Source: Marsupella aquatica
Taxonomy: Eukaryota > Plantae > Marchantiophyta
NCBI GenBank assembly: GCA_973895155.1
Contig: OZ316894.1
Span: 9,523,440 to 9,587,439, forward strand
Direction of reading: 5' to 3'
DNA length: 64,000 nucleotides
Within the stretch, counting starts at the first letter, position 1. Every line of letters starts with the position of its first letter. This document shows positions 52,104 through 64,000 of the stretch, in pieces. The notes beneath the pieces are model-generated. The model ran no database searches. It saw only the letters and a program-made list of their open reading frames with translations, and was not told the DNA's origin. The position numbers were made by a program, and so were the translations under genes.

Positions 52104-53369
52104 ATGTCTTTGAGGGGTGTCCAATTTTGTACCCAAACAAAACTAGGGGGCAGGAGTAGTAATACATTGACTACAATCAGAAATGATCTAGTCAATGGAG
52201 ACAAGGAGTTTGAGGATGGGAGTAGGATGATAACACGTCATGGACACCTTGCGGGTTATAATTGTAGTGCTAGCCAAAGGAAAGATTTGGTGCAAGAGGA
52301 GATGGATCCATCCCTGTGGGGATCTCTCACCGAAGACATTGAGGATCGCATCCTTGCATGGTTACCATTTGACGCCTTTGCAAAGATGCGCACTGTCTGC
52401 AAGAGATGGAATGACATTCTAAGATCGTCAACTTTTCTCCAAGTGTATAGAGCAATTCCTGCTCCAGCCCACCCCTGCTTCCTCATGTTTGATGCAAAGG
52501 ACTGGACTATGTGCTGGTTGTTCAATCCATCCATCACTCGTTGGCACTCTTTCCCTTTTGACTTCGAGTGCAGTGAATCCAAATTCCCATGTGCTGCAGC
52601 AGGGGGCCTCATGTGTTTTTGTGGTGCAACCTCATACCCTAACATGTACGTCTGCAATCCATTAACTAGGCAGTGGAGAGAAATACCTCCCAGGAAAGAG
52701 AAGCGATTCCCCAATATGGTTGGAATGGTGGTCAATGAGTCCTCAAAAACCTTCAAGCTGGTTGTGGCTGGAGATTATCACGGTGTGCATGTCACATCCA
52801 CTGAAGTTTTTGACTCTGAGACCAACTCATGGGTGACTACAGAAGGAGATCAGATACCAATTGTTCGTCTAACTCCTAGAAACTCATCTTGCCTTGGATG
52901 TATTTTCTGGCTAACTTGTGATCCATTTGGTTTGATTGCTTTCAATTTGGAACAAGCAGAGTGGACCACACTCCATGCTCAAATGCCTGCTTTTCTCATA
53001 TCCCCTCACCTTGTGGGATGCACAAATCGTTTGCTCATGGTAGGTGGGGTGAAGAAACAGATTGCACCAAAGAGCATTAGGATTTGGGAGTTGGACATGA
53101 CGTCAATGCAGTGGGATGAGGTGGCAAGCATGCCACCAACTCTTTGTAGCAGATTTTTGAAAGACTCACTCACTGGGGATTTTATGTGCATAGGTCAAAA
53201 TGACCTCATTTGCTTTACAAGCTACAAATGCTCTCAAGCTTTGATGTATGATGTTTTGAAGAAGGTTTGGCAATGGTTGCCTGCCTACCCCTTTCTGTCT
53301 GTGCTTGACATCTACCGCTTGCATATTGGATTACCCTTCACCCCTCATTGGGACATTGGGGTCTTCTAA
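52104..53369 (+). CDS. F-box protein with kelch-like/FBA beta-propeller (intronless)
   Basis: F-box LWGSLTEDIEDRILAWLPFDAFAKMRTVCKRWN followed by AAAGGLMCF, YVCNPLTRQWREIP, TEVFDSETNSW and W-x-EVASMP repeats. The true start may be a downstream Met (e.g. 52302). Confidence 0.92.
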   Translation: MSLRGVQFCTQTKLGGRSSNTLTTIRNDLVNGDKEFEDGSRMITRHGHLAGYNCSASQRKDLVQEEMDPSLWGSLTEDIEDRILAWLPFDAFAKMRTVCKRWNDILRSSTFLQVYRAIPAPAHPCFLMFDAKDWTMCWLFNPSITRWHSFPFDFECSESKFPCAAAGGLMCFCGATSYPNMYVCNPLTRQWREIPPRKEKRFPNMVGMVVNESSKTFKLVVAGDYHGVHVTSTEVFDSETNSWVTTEGDQIPIVRLTPRNSSCLGCIFWLTCDPFGLIAFNLEQAEWTTLHAQMPAFLISPHLVGCTNRLLMVGGVKKQIAPKSIRIWELDMTSMQWDEVASMPPTLCSRFLKDSLTGDFMCIGQNDLICFTSYKCSQALMYDVLKKVWQWLPAYPFLSVLDIYRLHIGLPFTPHWDIGVF

Positions 53370-55941
53370 TCACTGAGTGAACACAATCTATCAACTTACA
53401 CAAAATCTATCTAATAAGGTGTGATCTAAAGCTAGGCTAGCTAAGGGCCTAAGGTCTAGAGTGAAGCCTCTAGACAATGACTTGGGGCACTCTGGAGGCA
53501 CAACTAAGGTTGGGGGTGGAGCTGAGAGGATACTCACCATCAAAGCGCAGATATCATTGATACTCACCATCTATTTATGAGCAAAGCTAGGGCATTCAGG
53601 ATAGCTAGTGCTTATGGAACAGGCCCGGGAACAGGAAATAAACTATCTATAAAAGGGTGAATGAAAGCCAGGGTAAGGGCCTCTGGTCCGGAGTATTCAA
53701 GTCTCTAGACCATGACTTTGGGGACACAACTAAAGTTGGGGGTGGAACTGGAAATGGACACGATGGTACTCACCGTCTATAATTTATGTGCAAAGCTCGA
53801 GCATTCACTCACCCTAGTTCTACAAATTGATGATATGGTTCTGTTGTGCATTTGAGAAATAAGAGCTACTAACTATCTCAAGTGGGCACCAAAGGAGAGA
53901 ACTCTTAAACCAATGAACACCCATTTTCAACTTTGGTGGATCCAGGTTACCATAATTAGTCAATAATGTTCAGCCCTAACAAAGAATACATGTGAGCAAA
54001 CAGTGGCTATCAGTTTGTCCTTCCACAACTATGGGACAGTGGTGGTTTAAGGCCTTTTTATCACCCTGCTGGAAAGAGCCCTCGTCCTCTCAAAGGGGAA
54101 GAAAGTAGAGTGAATGGCCTGGTGGCCATTTCTCCAGCGTTAAAATTGAGGGTCTCTGCTCGTTCTGGAGATATAACGGTAAAGCCTGTTAACCTTATTT
54201 GAGGGCTGATGGAATACAGGCCTAAGCACCCACAATGGCGCCCTAAACATAATGTTTGAATTTGCACAGGGCCAGTACATGCAATCTACAACATGGTTAG
54301 AGATGCCACCCGGTTCCACATCAGCTAATCTAAATTCAAAGGAATAGCTAGGGACAAAAGGACTTACTAGGTACCCTTAATGTATGGGTGCCATGCTACG
54401 GGGTGGGTAACTTTGTTCACTCCCATTCAAGACTCACTGAAATTATTGGAATAAGAGACGGCAAACCTGAATTTCAGATGTCTGATCGAGCAAGTTCAGT
54501 TAGGAGGTGACTTGAGTTGGTGGCCACTTGTTGCTCCACTGACAAGTAGTGTACTCTAGTAAACATTCACGATGGTTGGACACTAAATCAAGTATATTTG
54601 AAATTTCTCTTGGCAAAATTTTGAACCAAGTTACCATCGTCAGATTTTTGTTGCTAGTATAAAGTATGGTGGCATTGAGGCACCCCTGTTTTTTAGGATT
54701 GCATCCACACATTTGCTAATGTTGTTCCCCATTAATTAATCAAATAAGGGGCATTCCATTTACTCAATCCTTGGTTGGGAGTCATCTTCATTACCACCCG
54801 CATTACTACTTTCAAAGGAGGCTTCACAATCTCAGGGAAAGAGAAGGGAAACAAGGGGGTGTGTCCTAGTCCCCGAGGGGTTGATCAAGCCACGTCCTCT
54901 AGGATTTTTATACCTCTAGGCGACCAGAAGGAAACAAACTACATCCTCTAGACAATTTGTGAAACGACACTTTCACTCAGGTTATGACTCCCAAATGGTT
55001 GCCCAGTTGTTTATAATTCAGTGACACCCTAAAATGTATGTCCTCCACCATGGACCCACATAGTTACCTGGATAACTCAAAGGAGGTGGGCTGACCCACA
55101 TAGTTACCTAGATAACTCAAATGAGGTGGAAACACTAACAAATGTCGAGGCTGCCATAATTAAAACAAAGTCCAGTTCAACCATAAAATGAGACAGTCCT
55201 TGTGGGTACTCACTGTTATGCATTTCCTCGTAGGTCTAGGGTTACGATTGTAACCATAGTAAGAGCTGACCTTAGTCGCGGACTAGGTTGGGTTAACTAG
55301 GTTGCACACTATGTCCCAAAAGGTATTTGCTTGGATAGTAGGAACTCAGGTTCATTGTTATGGAGCTAGTTGAGAGATAAAAAGATCTTATATTGCTGAG
55401 ACTCGGTATGACTGACGAACCTAGAGTGCAGTACAGCTCTCATGTGTTCAAGTGGACGTAGCCTCAGCTAAGGTGAACTAGCCAGATATTTCTTTGTGTC
55501 GACTACTTGTGCATTGGATGATCATGGATGTGTCGTTGTGAATGTCATCTTTGCTCAACACTCACTATAATGCAATCAATTTCTTTGTCCACAACATAAC
55601 AAAAATAAAAAGACTACATCAAAAATCTGAAATTTTACTAGTTAAGATAGTGTTAAGTTACACAAGTTACTTATGTTCAAATTTTCAATGCTCCAGGGAG
55701 AGATCCAGGCATAAGACATTTCAAGGCTCAGCTGAAATGAAAAGACATAATTATTTCATTCTAATGCGGCTGACTTACCATCCATCAATTACATTAGCAG
55801 TAGTCAATCATTAATTGGCAATGAAACAAGGCTCACCTGAAATTCTGAAAATACATTTTGGCATTTTGCATTCTAATGCGGGTGATTTACCATCTATCAA
55901 TTACATTTGACCCTACTCATTAATTGGCAATGAAATGACTC

Positions 55942-56266
55942 CCAGGTTTGAAGTGACAGGCAACTTGCCGAGTTGCCCGACATGCAAACTCGACTTTTGC
56001 CGGGCTAAAATCGGCCCAAATGCCAGATATTCCTTGTTATTCCCCGGGCCGGGCTGGGACAGGGCGGGCAGGGATGGGCCAGGACAGGCTGGGACAGGTT
56101 GGGGCTGGGCCGGGAGAGGCCGGGACAGGCCGGGGATCGGGCCGGGCTAGGCGGTGTGAGCCAGCCGGGGCTGGGAGGTCATGGCCGGGCCGGCCGCTCC
56201 GGGTGACGAGTTGCGGGTTGATGACGGACTCTAAATCCTCTATTTGCCGGGCACATCCAAACCCAG
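55942..56266. mobile_element. hAT-like MITE with a GC-rich GGGCCGGG interior
   Basis: Imperfect TIRs (CCAGGTTTGAAGTG / CACATCCAAACCCAG) and an 8-bp TSD with one mismatch (AATGACTC 55934-55941, AACGACTC 56267-56274). Confidence 0.65.
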
Positions 56267-57545
56267 AACGACTCACATTGACTACTAAGGGCATTACGGC
56301 AATCTCTAGGCTGGCTAAGCTGAATAGCATTAATTGTCCTCGAGATTAGCTTTCGAACATGATCCCTATCATTGTACGAAAGCCGCCAAGGGAAAAATTC
56401 CATTAATTTCATTGCAGCGCTGCATTCATTGAAACTTTATCACGAAGCTTTGGATTGCTATGGATCGTGATATGCTGCGAAATTTGGAGTGCTATGGATT
56501 TTGATATGGCACGAAACAGCTGCCATTGAACGTTTACGACAGACGAATGTCGTCGACTATACTTGTCTGTGGAGGCCGGGAGAGAGCCAAAAATCGTTTC
56601 GAAATCCACTGCGACGACTTGAAGCCCAGATGCCGGGTTCCCCAACCAAGAGTCCAGAACTGAACTCTGGATTGTTAGGGAATGTACATTACAAGGTGCG
56701 ACTGTTTTCTCCTCTCTCAATGTGTTCTGTCTTTTGCAATCTTCTTGTTCTGAAGGCCATTGTGGCTTTTGTCATGGCAAATCCTTAACTTCAGGCTTTC
56801 AAAATGTGGTGAAAACTGAGGTAGATGTTTTGAGCCAATCAACCATTCTTTTTCACAGACGTCCCGGTTGTGACAACAGTTTGTGCTACCAGTCCTTCTT
56901 TGCTGGAATTATATGATAGGCTCGCAAGTGTACAGAAGCTCTGTAAGTCCTTTGGATCAATGGTTTCTTCATTAGCTCTTCTTATTAGTTGCGTCCGTTT
57001 CCATCCGTATCCCTACAGTCGTCGCCACGCTTTCGGCTAGGCGTTGCAGCTTCTCCTAGCTGGCCGCTCGTCTGTAATCGAGCTTCCAGACCTTCACTCT
57101 AATCATCGAGCTGTGATAAGCCGGGATCATCGAGCTGTGGGAGTGGATTAACGATTGTGCTATCTTTGAGCACTCCTTTCAAGAGAAGATGTTTCCTCCC
57201 GCAGCGTGGTTTCGCGTGTCTTCGCTGGAGATGCCCGTGAGCAAAAGATATCGTTTTGGAAACAGAACAAACTACTGTAGCTAGAAATCAAATTCCGCAA
57301 AGCAAACCAAATGAATCTCGTCGACCCCACAATTGCAAGTACCAGGAACTGTACAGTAGAAAATGTGTACTGTTCAATAGCTCAATCACAGAGATTAGGC
57401 TGCCTCCATTTAATTGGATGATATTTTCGTCAACTGTGGTTGATTGCACTCGTGTTGTTAATTCACATTGCTTATGTTTCTACAGCCTGTGGGATGCGAC
57501 AGGAACGGCTGTAATCAAGGTTCATTAGCTGGTGATGGTGCCAAA

Positions 57546-58550
57546 ATGAACAGCGATGGAGAACCCTGGTTGTCAATGACCGTGATAGAGAGGGTGAGGC
57601 ATATACACCGTCGTTTGGTCGAGAACAATGAGAGGAGATCGTACGATTTCAAGATAGAGTGCGCAAAGGAACTGCACATGCCGGGATTTGGCAAGCGCAC
57701 CGATTCGGCTGTGATCACGGCTTTCGACAATTATTTTCAGCTAGCGTACAGGACGGGCCCGGTGTGGCTATGTGTGAACAAAATATTGAGGATGTGGGAG
57801 AATGAAATGCTGAAAGGGCAGAGGAGAGGCACTGAAGATGGCGTCAAAATTAAGCTTACACAATGGCAGCATATGCAAGGGATTTATGATGACACAATCA
57901 TCGTCCCCGTCCTTGAAAACGTCGTCCGGGGAAATTTTTCACTGCAGGAGATGGGGGAGGAGTTTGTCCAATACAAGCTCGTCTACAGTGTGCAACAGGC
58001 CTTCGTGAAAGCCTTACAAGGAGATACATGGGATACGTGCAAGGTTCTATACCCGGAACACGCAACTGACAAAGCTCTCAAGACATTCATTCCTCTCTTC
58101 AAATGCTGGGTCAGTTTTAATCTCGACTATGTTCAGTTCTTCCACATATTCTTATGCTAAACGGGTGTAGATACATATTGGGCAGTGTTGGGCTTTATAT
58201 TCTGAAGCAATTTCGACTTCTCAATGTAGCCATAGGGCATGTCCATTTCTGCGCTTCTAAATCCGCTATTAAATTTACATTTCATTGAATACATCTTTGA
58301 ATGACTTTGCTCTCACATTTAGCTCTCCTTTAATTACACGAAGTCTCGATCTTCTAAGTAGCTTTATCCTTTGTCGAGAAATATTTTTCTTGTGATTCGT
58401 CGGACCCAGCTCTGATTGATTTTGTTGTGTCTGTTTGTGCAGAAGGATCCGACTAAGAAAAAACGAGCGTTCACTTCAGAGCTCACAGAGTTGCCGGACG
58501 TGTTCATCGCACACATTCAAGAAGCGCGGAGGTGGTCACAGAAGCAGTGA
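57546..58550 (+). CDS. Uncharacterised protein, copy 1 (2 exons)
   Basis: Exon 57546-58109 (MNSDGEPWLSMTVIERVR...LFKCW), GT-AG intron, exon 58443-58550 (KDPTKKKRAF...WSQKQ*). The intron position is conserved in copy 2. Confidence 0.65.
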
Positions 58551-60509
58551 GTACAGAGATATATTGTGAAATACAGCAATCTATAAATCTCTACAGTGAT
58601 TCACAGAATTCAGATTTGGAAGACCTTCATTCTTCTGTTTCTCTCGAGAAAGATCACTTTTGAAAAGCACTAGGTGTGATGATTCTCACGATTGATATGA
58701 AAAAACAGGAGGATTGAAGGGGGCTAAGTTTGACTGAACGGAAGGTGGAAAGAGTTGGGAACGCAGACAGAGCAAGTTTTCGGGGTCTAACATTCTTACA
58801 TTCACTGTTGTATTGAGTAAATTTGTCGAGGCGTGTCTGGCCTGAGAAAGCTAGACCACTTTGGAAAAGCACGATGTGTGATCACTCTATCGATTAACAT
58901 AAAAAATTCCGGGAGGATTGAAAGGGGCCTAGTTTGGCTGAACGGAAGGTAGAAAGACATGAGGGAACGAAGATAGAGCAATTTTGGGGGGTCTAACTAT
59001 CTTACATTAGCTGTTGTGTATTGAGTAATTTCCTAGAGGCATATCTTGCCTGACATGTTGGATTGACATCGAGTATGTTAACGTTTCGTGCACTTAATCA
59101 TGTGAATGTTTCCCTCTCTGATATAGTGGTTGATGAACTTTTATAATTTGTTAAGGCCCTGTTTACGGATCCCCCATTTGAGATAACCATAGATGCCAAA
59201 CTCATCTGAGCAATATAATTGACTTATGTGTGAGTGTATCCGATGATTTAGCCCAAGTCATATCCTCAACTCAAGTACATCCGAATGCCTCAATGAAAGA
59301 TTATAATTCTTTTCACAACTTTCGTGATTCAACATACACATTAGTGTGATTCCCGGTAAAAACTGATTTGGGCACTAATTCTTCACTTACACTAATTCCG
59401 GTGGACACGGTAACGAGGTTACCAGTACCTCATATGTACTCATTAATTGGCATTGAAACTACTACAGTACGAAGTGGTCTCTATCTCTGTATCGTAGCTG
59501 CCAACGGAATTCTATTCATGAAACTTCACCACGAAGCATTGGAACGCTGAGGATCGTGATATGCCTCGAAATCTGGAGTGCTGTGGATCGTAATACTGCA
59601 CGAAAGAGCTGCAATTGAACGGCTACGACAGGCGAATGTCGTTGACCACTTGTCTGTGGAGAGGACCAAAATCAATTAGAAAGCCACTGACTGCGACGAT
59701 TTGAAGCTCAGAAGCCAGGACCTCCACGAGTCCAGAACTGAACTCCAGATTGTCTGGGAGCCCACATCACAAGGTACGAGTGTTTTCTCCTCGCTCAATG
59801 TGTTCTTTCTTCTGCAATTTCTTGGTCGTTTGGCTATGGAGTCTTTCGCCGTAGCAACTTCGGGCTTGCAAATGTGGTGAAGTCACGTCTGAGGTTAAGG
59901 GTTTTGAGTCAATCAACCACTCTTTTTGCAGACGTTCTGGTTGTGACAAGAGCTTGTGTTACCTGTCCTTCTTTGCTGGAGTTATATCATCGGCTCGGAA
60001 ATGTTTTAGCTCTGTAAATCGTTTCAGTCAATGTTTTCTCATTAGCTCTTCTAATTAGCTGCATCGGTTTCTATCCGTGCTCTTGTATGAGCTGCAATTG
60101 TCGCCACGCTTTCGGCTAGGCAAAGCAGCTGTCGTCTAACTGGCCGCCGTCTGTGATCGAGCTTCCAGCCCGTCTGATCGTCGTCTCTGGGAGACGCCCG
60201 TGAGCAAACATTACCTTGTTGCGAACAGAACAAACTACTGTACTGTAGCTAGCAACAAGTCGCAGAATCTCGCAGACCCACAATTGCAAGTAGCAGGAAC
60301 TGTGCAGAAAATATGTACTGTTTACAGAATTTAGGCTGCCACCATTTAATTCTCTTTCAAAGGTGGCAAGTACTTGGATGACTGGTTTTGTTGGAACTGT
60401 GTTTGATTGCACTCTTGATGTTAATTCACGTTGCTTATGTTTATGGAGCCTGTGCAATGTAGCAGGAACGGCTGTAGTCAGATTCATTTGAGCTGGTGGT
60501 CGTGCCAAA

Positions 60510-61415
60510 ATGAGCAGCGGTGGAGAATCCTGGTTGTCGATGACCGTGATCGAGAAGGTCCGGTTCATTCATCGCAGTTTGTTCGAGAACAGAGGGATGA
60601 GATCGCACGAGCTAGCGGAACTGGAAATTGCCAGACGCACGGATACAGCTTTTTACAGGTATTGTCTGCTAGCTTCCAGGACCGGCCCAGTGTGGCGACG
60701 TGTGAATAAGATATTCAACATGTGGGTCAATGGTGAGGTGAAAGGGCAGAAGACAGGCATTGAAGACGATGTCCAAATGAAGCTCACACAATGGCAGCAT
60801 ATGCAAGGGATCAATGACGACACAATCATCATCAACATTCTTGAAAAAGTCGTGCGCAAAAAGTTTTCATTGCAGGAGATGGGGGAGTGGTTCGTCGGAT
60901 GCAAGCTCATCTGCAGTGTGCAACAGGCCCTCGTGAGAGCATTACGAGAAGAAACGAGGGATTGTGTCAAGGCTCTATACTTGAAACCAGAGGACTCTGA
61001 TTTCAAGAGACATGATACGTGGGATATGTGCCAGATTATATACCCGGAACACGCAACCGACGATGCTGTCGAGATATTTGTTCCTCTTTTCAAAGACTGG
61101 GTCAGTTTCGAGCTCTATATTCAATGTTCATTTCTTCGACGATTCTCATTTTTAGATTTCATTGCATACATCTAAGAATGACTATGCTCTCAACATTTAG
61201 CTCTACCTTACTTACAAGATGTCTCGATCTACTTGGTACTCGATCTGTGATTGATTTTGTTGTGTCTGCTTGTGCAGAAGTATCCGACTAAGAAAAAAAG
61301 ATCGCTCACATCAGCGCTCACAGAGTTCCCGGACGAGTTCAATGCACACATTGAAGAAGCCCGGACGTGGGCACAGAATAACCTCAAATATGTTTTGGCT
61401 GCAATCAAAGGATAA
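60510..61415 (+). CDS. Uncharacterised protein, copy 2 (2 exons)
   Basis: Exon 60510-61100 (MSSGGESWLSMTVIEKVR...LFKDW) and exon 61278-61415 (KYPTKKKRSL...AIKG*); clearly paralogous to copy 1, with in-frame indels. Confidence 0.65.
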
Positions 61416-63734
61416 TCTCTACTAACAGTGATCCATGGAATTTAGATTTCAAGAACTACACTCTTTCGTTTTCGCTGAGAAAGGTCACTTTTGAAAAGCA
61501 CGAAGAGTGATCATTCTCTTTATTGACATTAAAATCCGCGAGGATTGAAGCGGCTTCTACTGATTGCACGGAAGATAGAAAGAGCTGGGGAACGTCGATA
61601 GAGCGCTGTTTGTGGGTCTAACTTCGTTGCATTCACTATTCTATTTAGTAATTTTCTCGAGGCATAGCTTGCCTGATATGACTAAATTGGATTGTCATGA
61701 CATAGACCATGTTGACATTTCGTCCACTTACTCATGTGATCATGCTTGTGAATGCTTTCTTCTCTCATGTGATGTTTGACGAACTTTTATAACAAGATAA
61801 GGCCCTTTCTAAGCATCTCCCATTCGAAATAAACATACATGCCAAACTCATCTTAGCAATATGAGTGACTCATGTGTGAGTGGATCCGTTGAATTAGTAC
61901 CCTCAAGTCAAGTACATCAGAATGCCTCAATGCCAACCTTTTGAGTCAGCTAGTAGTGAACCTGTGTTAGAGTGGAGGGTCATAATTATGCCTTTTGGAA
62001 AAGAATGACCTCAATTCAATTCAATTCAATCCAGTAAGTGTTTTCAAACGGGTTTTTGGAATGTTTTCATTATTGATCTCAACCCTCACAAAGCATCCCT
62101 TAGTAAAGGTACTGCTGGTGGTTAGAATGATGCTTTGAAGATGAACCGACCATGGGCAGGCATCGAGAAGATGTTAAATATGCATCCTTAAGTTAGTCCT
62201 GGATGAGTTTGAAACAATTATAGTAGAAAAGGTTCTTGCATGTCAGCTATGCATCCTTAAGTTAGACCTGGATGAGTTTGGAACAACAACAGCAAACGAG
62301 GTTCTTGCATGCCATGCAAACCCTGATTAATGCCCAACTCAGAAGAGATAAGAAGGTGCACAGGCCATTGGGGTAACCTCAAGGCTATTCAGAGTTTCTC
62401 TCAAGATTTTGAAAGGTCAATACTTCGCGGTCAGAAAAGCACAAATCAAAGTTGTTCACTTTCCCGTTGCCTTGTAAGGTCCCTTTCAAGTCAAATAGCT
62501 CACTAACCCTTTCGAATGTGAGAGCCAACATGCACAATTTTCATCATTAACAAGACAAATCCAGTGGTTGTGAATTGATGACTGCCTGAAGTTTTCTCTG
62601 AATTTTTAGATTTGAAAGAGTCTACCTTTGTAACGAGCCTAAAATATTACCTTTCCCAACATTACCTTTCCCATCTAAAAACTGTATCTATTGAACAAAA
62701 ACTGGAGAGCGTGATACATTTTAAGGATGTCCAAATGCAACTTTTTTTCTTAACCGACCAAAACATGCATATTTTGTCCCAATGGACCTTGGGCACACCA
62801 AAGGGACATTTCTTGTCAGAAGTTCTTATAACACAATTTCAGTCCTTACAATGTGAGAAAGTCACTATAAAATGCATGATGTTCTATGGTTGTTGAGTGT
62901 CTGACCGCACTGTCAAATGTGTCTGGCTACAACCGCAATTTCACGTGAATCGTTTGCCATGCAGAAAAAAGCACGATACATAGCGTTGCAGTTTGAACTT
63001 TTATACATTGACAACAATGTACACATAGTTAGAGGACTACAATTTAGGGCACAGCGTAGCGAAGGCATATTAATCAAAATGAATATGTGCATCTTGAAAA
63101 AAATAAAATACATTATGCAGAATGTATTCAATCTAAGACCTGCCAAATTGCAAACATAAACTTGGATTGGCCCAATGATAATTGTTGGCCGCTCCTCCAT
63201 TGCTGTTCACACATCTCAAAGGGTACCCAGAGGAGGAACACAAGCAAGAACATGAGTAGGGAAAGCCAGACCAAGAGGCAAAAGAACCTAAATGCAATAA
63301 GAACAAAACAGGCTCCCAACTGAAATTTCATGAGAAGTAGGGCACATTTGAATTTAAAAAATTGTTCACTTTTTTATACAATATCCACATTATCTTTAAA
63401 AAAGCAATGAGATTGGGACATTATGGTACTTGCACGCTTCAATGTGGTTGTGAACTCTTTCCCGGGCTCTTTCCTTGGTAGTTTATATACAATCTTGGGG
63501 GTTTCATTTCCACAAAAATGGCACATCAGTGCACCGAAAGATAGGGTCTTTCTATTGGATCTAAGGAAGGACTTAAGAATTTTTTGGGAAGTCAGAATAT
63601 TAGGGTATTTTGAATCATATTTTCAAAAATTTAAAAATTTCTTGGAATATTCCAAATTTATAGGAATTTTAAATAATAATTCCCTTACATGTTACGGGGT
63701 GTGAGGGCTAAAAAAGTCACATGATGTGATTGGG

Positions 63735-63768
63735 CACGTGATGGGGAGGCCTCCATATAGTGAGACCC
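63735..63768 (-). mobile_element. Terminal remnant of the same TIR family as 7484-9390
   Basis: The reverse complement GGGTCTCACTATATGGAGGCCTCCCCATCACGTG matches the left end of the intronic element, GGGTCTCACTATATGGAGGACCCCCCCATCACCTG. Confidence 0.7.
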
Positions 63769-64000
63769 TATAGGATACAACAGCCACACTCAATGTTTAA
63801 ACTCAACCAAGCTGGGAGGCGTCACTACGACGTTGGGGTACTCCAATGCGGTGATAAGATCCGGCATAAGATCTTTCAGTTTAAACACAATAGCCACAAT
63901 GTATTCGACCAAGTTGGGAGGCTTCGCTACGGTTCTTGGGTGCTCCAATGCAACCATAATATATATCTTTCATTATTTTCTAGTTTGAATACATTATAGT

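Larger units (their letters stand above)
56400..61930 (+). repeat. ~3-kb diverged tandem segmental duplication (units ~56400-59300 and ~59500-61930)
   Basis: Collinear matches, e.g. GGATCGTGATATGC at 56462 and 59550, GTCGCCACGCTTTCGGCTAGGC at 57021 and 60100, and ATGCCAAACTCATCT at 59193 and 61839, plus the paralogous ORFs. Confidence 0.9.

Noticed and set aside
55935-56412. Gly/Arg/Pro-rich ORFs
   Set aside because: Artefacts of the GC-rich MITE interior.

Overview
Eukaryotic nuclear DNA (GT-AG introns, plant gene families), most consistent with a bryophyte, probably a liverwort; the taxon is an inference. From left to right: (1) the 5' part of a decayed LTR retrotransposon on the minus strand (1-5763). 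Its single gag-pol frame reads Gag, two zinc knuckles, aspartic protease, then a complete C5-cytosine DNA methyltransferase domain, and runs off the window. Its leader holds a regular array of ~75-bp units built on a GGGC-N5-GCCC dyad. (2) A 7-exon TIC32-like short-chain dehydrogenase with a TIR/TSD-bounded DNA transposon in its last intron. (3) A large multi-exon FAM184-like coiled-coil gene. (4) A bacterial-type TauD dioxygenase with spliceosomal introns (candidate horizontal transfer). (5) A PAR1-family gene, LINE-like debris, an orphan ORF and an intronless F-box gene. (6) A hAT-like MITE and a ~3-kb tandem duplication carrying two copies of an uncharacterised gene. All family assignments come from motif recognition by eye; no searches were run.
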